A stretch of DNA of 64,000 bases from an uncultured candidate division Zixibacteria bacterium (GTDB taxonomy: Bacteria; Zixibacteria; MSB-5A5; GN15; FEB-12), in NCBI GenBank assembly GCA_963664195.1, contig OY760907.1, positions 288,001 to 352,000 of the forward strand, in the 5' to 3' direction. Made by a program: the position numbers and the translations under genes. Within the stretch, counting starts at the first letter, position 1. Each line of letters starts with the position of its first letter. The notes beneath the pieces were generated by a model, which searched no databases, had not been told where the DNA came from, and worked only from the letters and a program-made list of their open reading frames with translations. Of this stretch, positions 59,700 to 64,000 are shown piece after piece.

Positions 59700-62600
59700 T
59701 CACTTCAACAACAGCATCTTCCGCGTTTGGGTGAAACCGTTGGCCTCCAGACGGTAGAGATACACGCCGGTGGAAACCGGGCGACGCTTCGAGTCGCGTC
59801 CGTCCCAGACGGCGGCGTGTTCGCCAGCAGGTTTCTCCGCGTTAACGAGCTTAATGACTTCCTGACCGAGGATGTTGTAGACGGTCAACTTGACATGAGA
59901 GCGTTCCGGCAAAGCGTAGCTTATCGTCGTGCTGGGGTTGAACGGGTTCGGGTAGTTCTGTGAGAGAGAGTACGTAGTCGGAAGTGCAGAGCCATCTTCT
60001 GGTTCCTCGACACTCATCGGATCACAGCCTACAGGATAGGCACCTATTTGTGCGCTGCATGAGTTGTTGGCGGGGGCACAGGGTGAGCCTTCCGTCAAGC
60101 GGTAGTTGCTCTCTGACGTGTCACAGAATAGCGGGTCAAGCGACATGTTGCCGTAGACATGAGCCAGCGAGTCAATGCACTGAACCCAATCGCCCCCCAC
60201 GTTTCCGAAGATGTTGGTGCAGAATATCCGCGGGCTGTCCGAAACGTCACACATTACGGGCCACCTCTGCGGATGGAAGGCAATGATGCTGTTCCTGATT
60301 GTCGGGCTCGAACGGTGACAGTACAATCCGTCGCCGGCACCGTTGCTGTAGGGGCTGGCGGAATTGGCGACTATGGTACAATAATCGAACACAGCCTCGC
60401 CGACTCTGTACAAGTAGCATGCACCGCCAACCCTTGCGTAGTTGCGAGATATGTCGCAGTTAACGAAGCTGGGTGAGGCCGATTGCACTACCAGTGCACC
60501 TCCATAGTTCTCCGCATGGTTCTCAGTGAGAATGCAGTCCCGGATTAGAGGCGATGTTCCAACATCGCAAAAAACGCCTGCGCCGTTGTTCGTCCAGCCA
60601 TTGCGAATTGTAATGCCGCTCACAACCGAACTGCTGTCCTCGCAACTGTTGAACAGAATACCCCGACTGTAGTGACTTGAGGAACCTTCACAGTCGATTG
60701 TTGTATACGCCGGTCCATTCTCTGACGCAAGCACAAGTTGTCGACCGAAGAAATTCAGATCGTGGTTGCCTTCGCCGGTGTACACGCCGTCGTCGAGAAG
60801 AACGGTGTCGCCGTGAATAGACGAATCAATCGCCGTCTGTATGGTAGGGGCATCTCCGCTGCCGTCTGGATTGACATGCCATACGCGGCCTTCCATGCTG
60901 CAGCCCACATCGTACGCCCCGATGTGGCTGCCGTTGGACGTATTTCCGGGCGCGCAGGGGGATTCAGCCATGAGATGAAAATCGCCGTACCATTCTCGGC
61001 AGAATAACGGTTGCTGAGAGATGTTGCCGTAAACGCCAAGCTGGTCCTCAATACCGTTCACCCAGTCACCTGACGAATTGCCGAACATGTTGCAGCATAC
61101 CAGTAGGGGGCGTTCGCTTACAGAGGCCGAGATCGACGCTGAACCTGTCCCGCGGGCGAAGATGCTGTTTCGTATGATCGGCACACGGCTCTCGTCGAGG
61201 TCCCACATATAGATATCTGCGCCTCCCTGCGAAGCGTGATGTCCGTAAAAGGTGCAGTTCTGTATGATGGGTGCGGAGCGCGTCAGATAGATGCCGCCGC
61301 CCGTATTCTGAGAGTAAGTGAACGTGTTCTCTGCGATCAGGCAATACTCGATTCGGGGGCGACAATGGTTGTACATCCAGAAGCCACCGCCCTGCCACTC
61401 GGTAGTATTGCGAGCGACAACACAGTGAGAAAACGTGGGAGATGCCTCCCAGATAAACACCCCACCTCCATGGCGGGTACCCAAGTTGTCCGTTATGCTA
61501 CAATTCAACAGAGTACCATTGGCTCCACCACGAAATCCGACGGCGCCATTGTCTGCGATGTTGTATCGAAAAGTACAGTTACTGACGAAGGGCGTGGCAG
61601 AGTCAACCGCCGCCAGTCCGGCACCAAAACCGGCTCCTCCGCCCACCCAGTTGTTTTCGAAGGAGCAGTCATCGACTTTGGGCGACGCATACTTGCGGCA
61701 ACACAGTCCGCCGCCCGCAATCGAACTATCGAACGAAAAGTGACACAGCTCGATCAAGGGTGAGGCCCCCATGAGACAGGCTATGCCGCCGCCCGCTTGA
61801 AGCCCCCAGTTGCCCACGAAATGGCAGTTTCTGACGGTCGGCGACGCAGTCCAACAAAGTAGTCCTCCCCCTATCGAGAGCATTTCAGTATCGGTCGGGC
61901 TGCCAGTGACGTCGCCCGCGACGATATCAAACGGGGCGTAGGCGCGAGTGACAGTCAGCCCCTCCAATACCGTACTTTCACTGGCGTCGAACACAACGAA
62001 TCCACGGTGAGGGTCTTCTCTAGTCGCCTCGCAATCGATGATGGTCGCCTCCGGGCCGTCCTCTGAGCGCACCACCATCGCCTTGCCGTTCAGGTTGATA
62101 TCGCGGTTGCCGTCTCCCGTATAAGTCCCGGAGGCCAACTGCAACGTATCGCCGTGACGGGCGGCATCTATTGCCGCCTGAATCGTGGGAACGTCCCCGG
62201 TGCCATCTGCCCGAAGATGCCAAACTCGGTTGTCCGGTGCGCAAGCGACCTCTAGGGCTCCAAGCAGTTGACCGCAACTGTTGTTGGCGGCGGAACAAGG
62301 GGAGTCGCCGTCAACGTGATAGTCATCACTTGATCGGTCACAGAACCGAGGGTTGAGGCAAAGATTGCCGTTGATATCTGCCTGATCGGCAATCGAACCA
62401 ATCCAGTCGCCGTCAACGTGGCCAAAGATATCCGTGCAGGAGATAGTGATTTGGCTGGAGTTGATAGGTGAACTTTCCTGACCGTACGCGAGAATGCAGC
62501 AGTCCAGCTCAACCGGCTGGCCGTGCACTGAACTGCCATCGGAGTTGGCAGCGTTGCCCACAAGGGTGCAGCTCGAAAGCGATGTGGTAGCCAGTGTATA

Positions 62601-63352
62601 GAGGAATCCGCCCCGATTGTCGGCAGTATTGTTGACTCCAAGACATCGCGCCAGTGTCAATGATGAGCCGTACACGCTGTAAACAGCACCGCCGTCGAAA
62701 CCGAGATTATCAAGGAACGAGCAATCCGTGAAGACCGGTTGTGATTCGTCCCGACAGAAAACAGCCCCTCCCTTGATGCTCTCGTTATTGGTGAAGCGAC
62801 AATTATCGAACGTCGGCGAGCCGGACTTGATGTAAACCGCCCCGCCGTTAGAACCATGGTGTTGCTCAAACACACAGTCGACAATCACTGGCGAGGCGTT
62901 TTCGATAGTGATTGCGCCACCGCCGCGCAGAGGGTCGGGATGCCGACCGTCTCGAATAGTAAAACCGATGACCTTCGCGGTCGAATCCTCGAAGTTGTGG
63001 AAGTAGAAACCCCAATGCGGCTCCGCTTCGCTACCCTCGGCATCGATGATACAGGACTCAGGACCGTTCTCGGACATCAGGGCAATTGCCTTGCCTCCGA
63101 AATCGATTTCCCGGTTGCCGGTACCGGTGTATGTCCCATCTGCAACAAGCACCGTATCTCCTGCAGACACAGAATCAATCCCTGCTTGAATCGTTGGCTG
63201 GTCGGCGGGGACATTGACATCATAGCGCCACTCGAAGACACAGTAAGCACCGCGAACACTAAGCCGTTTCTCAGCAAGCCTCGTCCCCTCCCGAGAAGCC
63301 GCAGTGGGCTCACTAGGTGAAGCAGCAAACACCGATTGCGTTGCAGATTCAC
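59700..63352 (-). CDS. Secreted beta-helix repeat protein with T9SS type A / FlgD-like CTD; frameshift near 63220 between signal peptide and body
   Basis: GTG 63352 frame gives ..GLVFAVLTVSSSGA, then the -1 frame gives VNVPADQPTIQAG. Three TIQ.AID..GDT modules; tail YSLSQNYPNPFNP...GVYLYRL...KMLLLK. Confidence 0.85.
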
Positions 63353-63366
63353 GTTAACCTTCCCTG

Positions 63367-63825
63367 CTAACGTGCTTCATCAAGATTTACAATGGCAGAG
63401 TCCACGGATGGCCCTCTGCGCCACTCAGTCCTCGGGTCGCGCATGGGGAGACTCTCCTTTCGATACGTCACCAATTTTGCCTGAGATAGCCCTATGAAGT
63501 CTATGGATGCCAATGCCCCTCCACGTGTACCATTCCACAAGAACTTCTCTTCAAGCTCCTGATCGTGCTTGTCAACGAGAAAGAAGCACACATTGTTGTA
63601 ATCATCAGTACCACTATAATGCAGATAGGCGACAATCTCGTAGCGGTTATTGCTGACTCGGGCTATCTCGTCCGGAGGGCGTCTCGGTAGCCACTGATTC
63701 ATAACACGCAAACACACAATTGGAGACACCAGCAGGGCCAGGAACACTGACATGAGACACACCCTGGCGATGCGACTCCTCCTCGTGCACCTCTCGTCCG
63801 GACTCCGTTTCACCACGCTAGTCAT
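63367..63825 (-). CDS. Hypothetical membrane-anchored protein
   Basis: 152-aa ORF with an N-terminal hydrophobic segment, co-oriented just upstream of the next gene. Confidence 0.55.
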   Translation of the reverse strand: MTSVVKRSPDERCTRRSRIARVCLMSVFLALLVSPIVCLRVMNQWLPRRPPDEIARVSNNRYEIVAYLHYSGTDDYNNVCFFLVDKHDQELEEKFLWNGTRGGALASIDFIGLSQAKLVTYRKESLPMRDPRTEWRRGPSVDSAIVNLDEAR

Positions 63826-64000
63826 CGCGGTACGACCCCATACTTCCGTGGGCGGCAGACGCCCTCGTCTGCCCCTTTGCCAGCCGCATCGCCCCCCGGG
63901 TTTCTAGTGGTCGCTTGATTGTCACACATCCCTCCCGAATCATCGAGTGAATCTGATTGGTCTAAGATCGCCTTCAAAATACACAATTGCGGGTGATTGT

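Noticed and set aside
1..64000. CRISPR array, rRNA, reverse transcriptase/DGR
   Set aside because: No regularly spaced repeats, rRNA signatures or RT motifs were seen by eye.

Overview
This bacterial chromosomal window most likely comes from the FCB group, and specifically looks Zixibacteria-like. That is inferred from the 'GD.DGD...DL..LIDHLF' dockerin tails, a 'QNYPNPFNP' C-terminal sorting domain, and porY-porX-tsaE synteny. The left ~28.5 kb is an accessory island abutting the 3' end of a tRNA-Met(CAT) gene. It has a satellite-like core (integrase, a protein built from three copies of an unrecognised domain plus a wHTH, a primase-helicase, a Xis-like HTH protein). Its cargo is two giant secreted dockerin proteins, one split by a nested IS256-in-IS481 insertion, an ArdC / clamp-loader-like AAA+ / Xer-like recombinase / RHH module with a dif-like site, and a >1770-codon RHS/YD protein that runs off the left edge and is absent from the ORF track. 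The right part is core genome: lpdA, a polyamine operon (XRE-cupin regulator, speD, ornithine decarboxylase, speE), valS, mazG, outer-membrane proteins, an HDOD/sigma54 signalling cluster, serS-porY-porX-tsaE-tsaB-rimI-accD-folC, rpmB, an orphan flagellin and a beta-helix repeat protein. Notable extras are a candidate sigma54-dependent three-hairpin small RNA, an apparent ATC start for lpdA, an ori-like palindrome inside the primase gene, and three single-base-deletion frameshifts that may be assembly errors.
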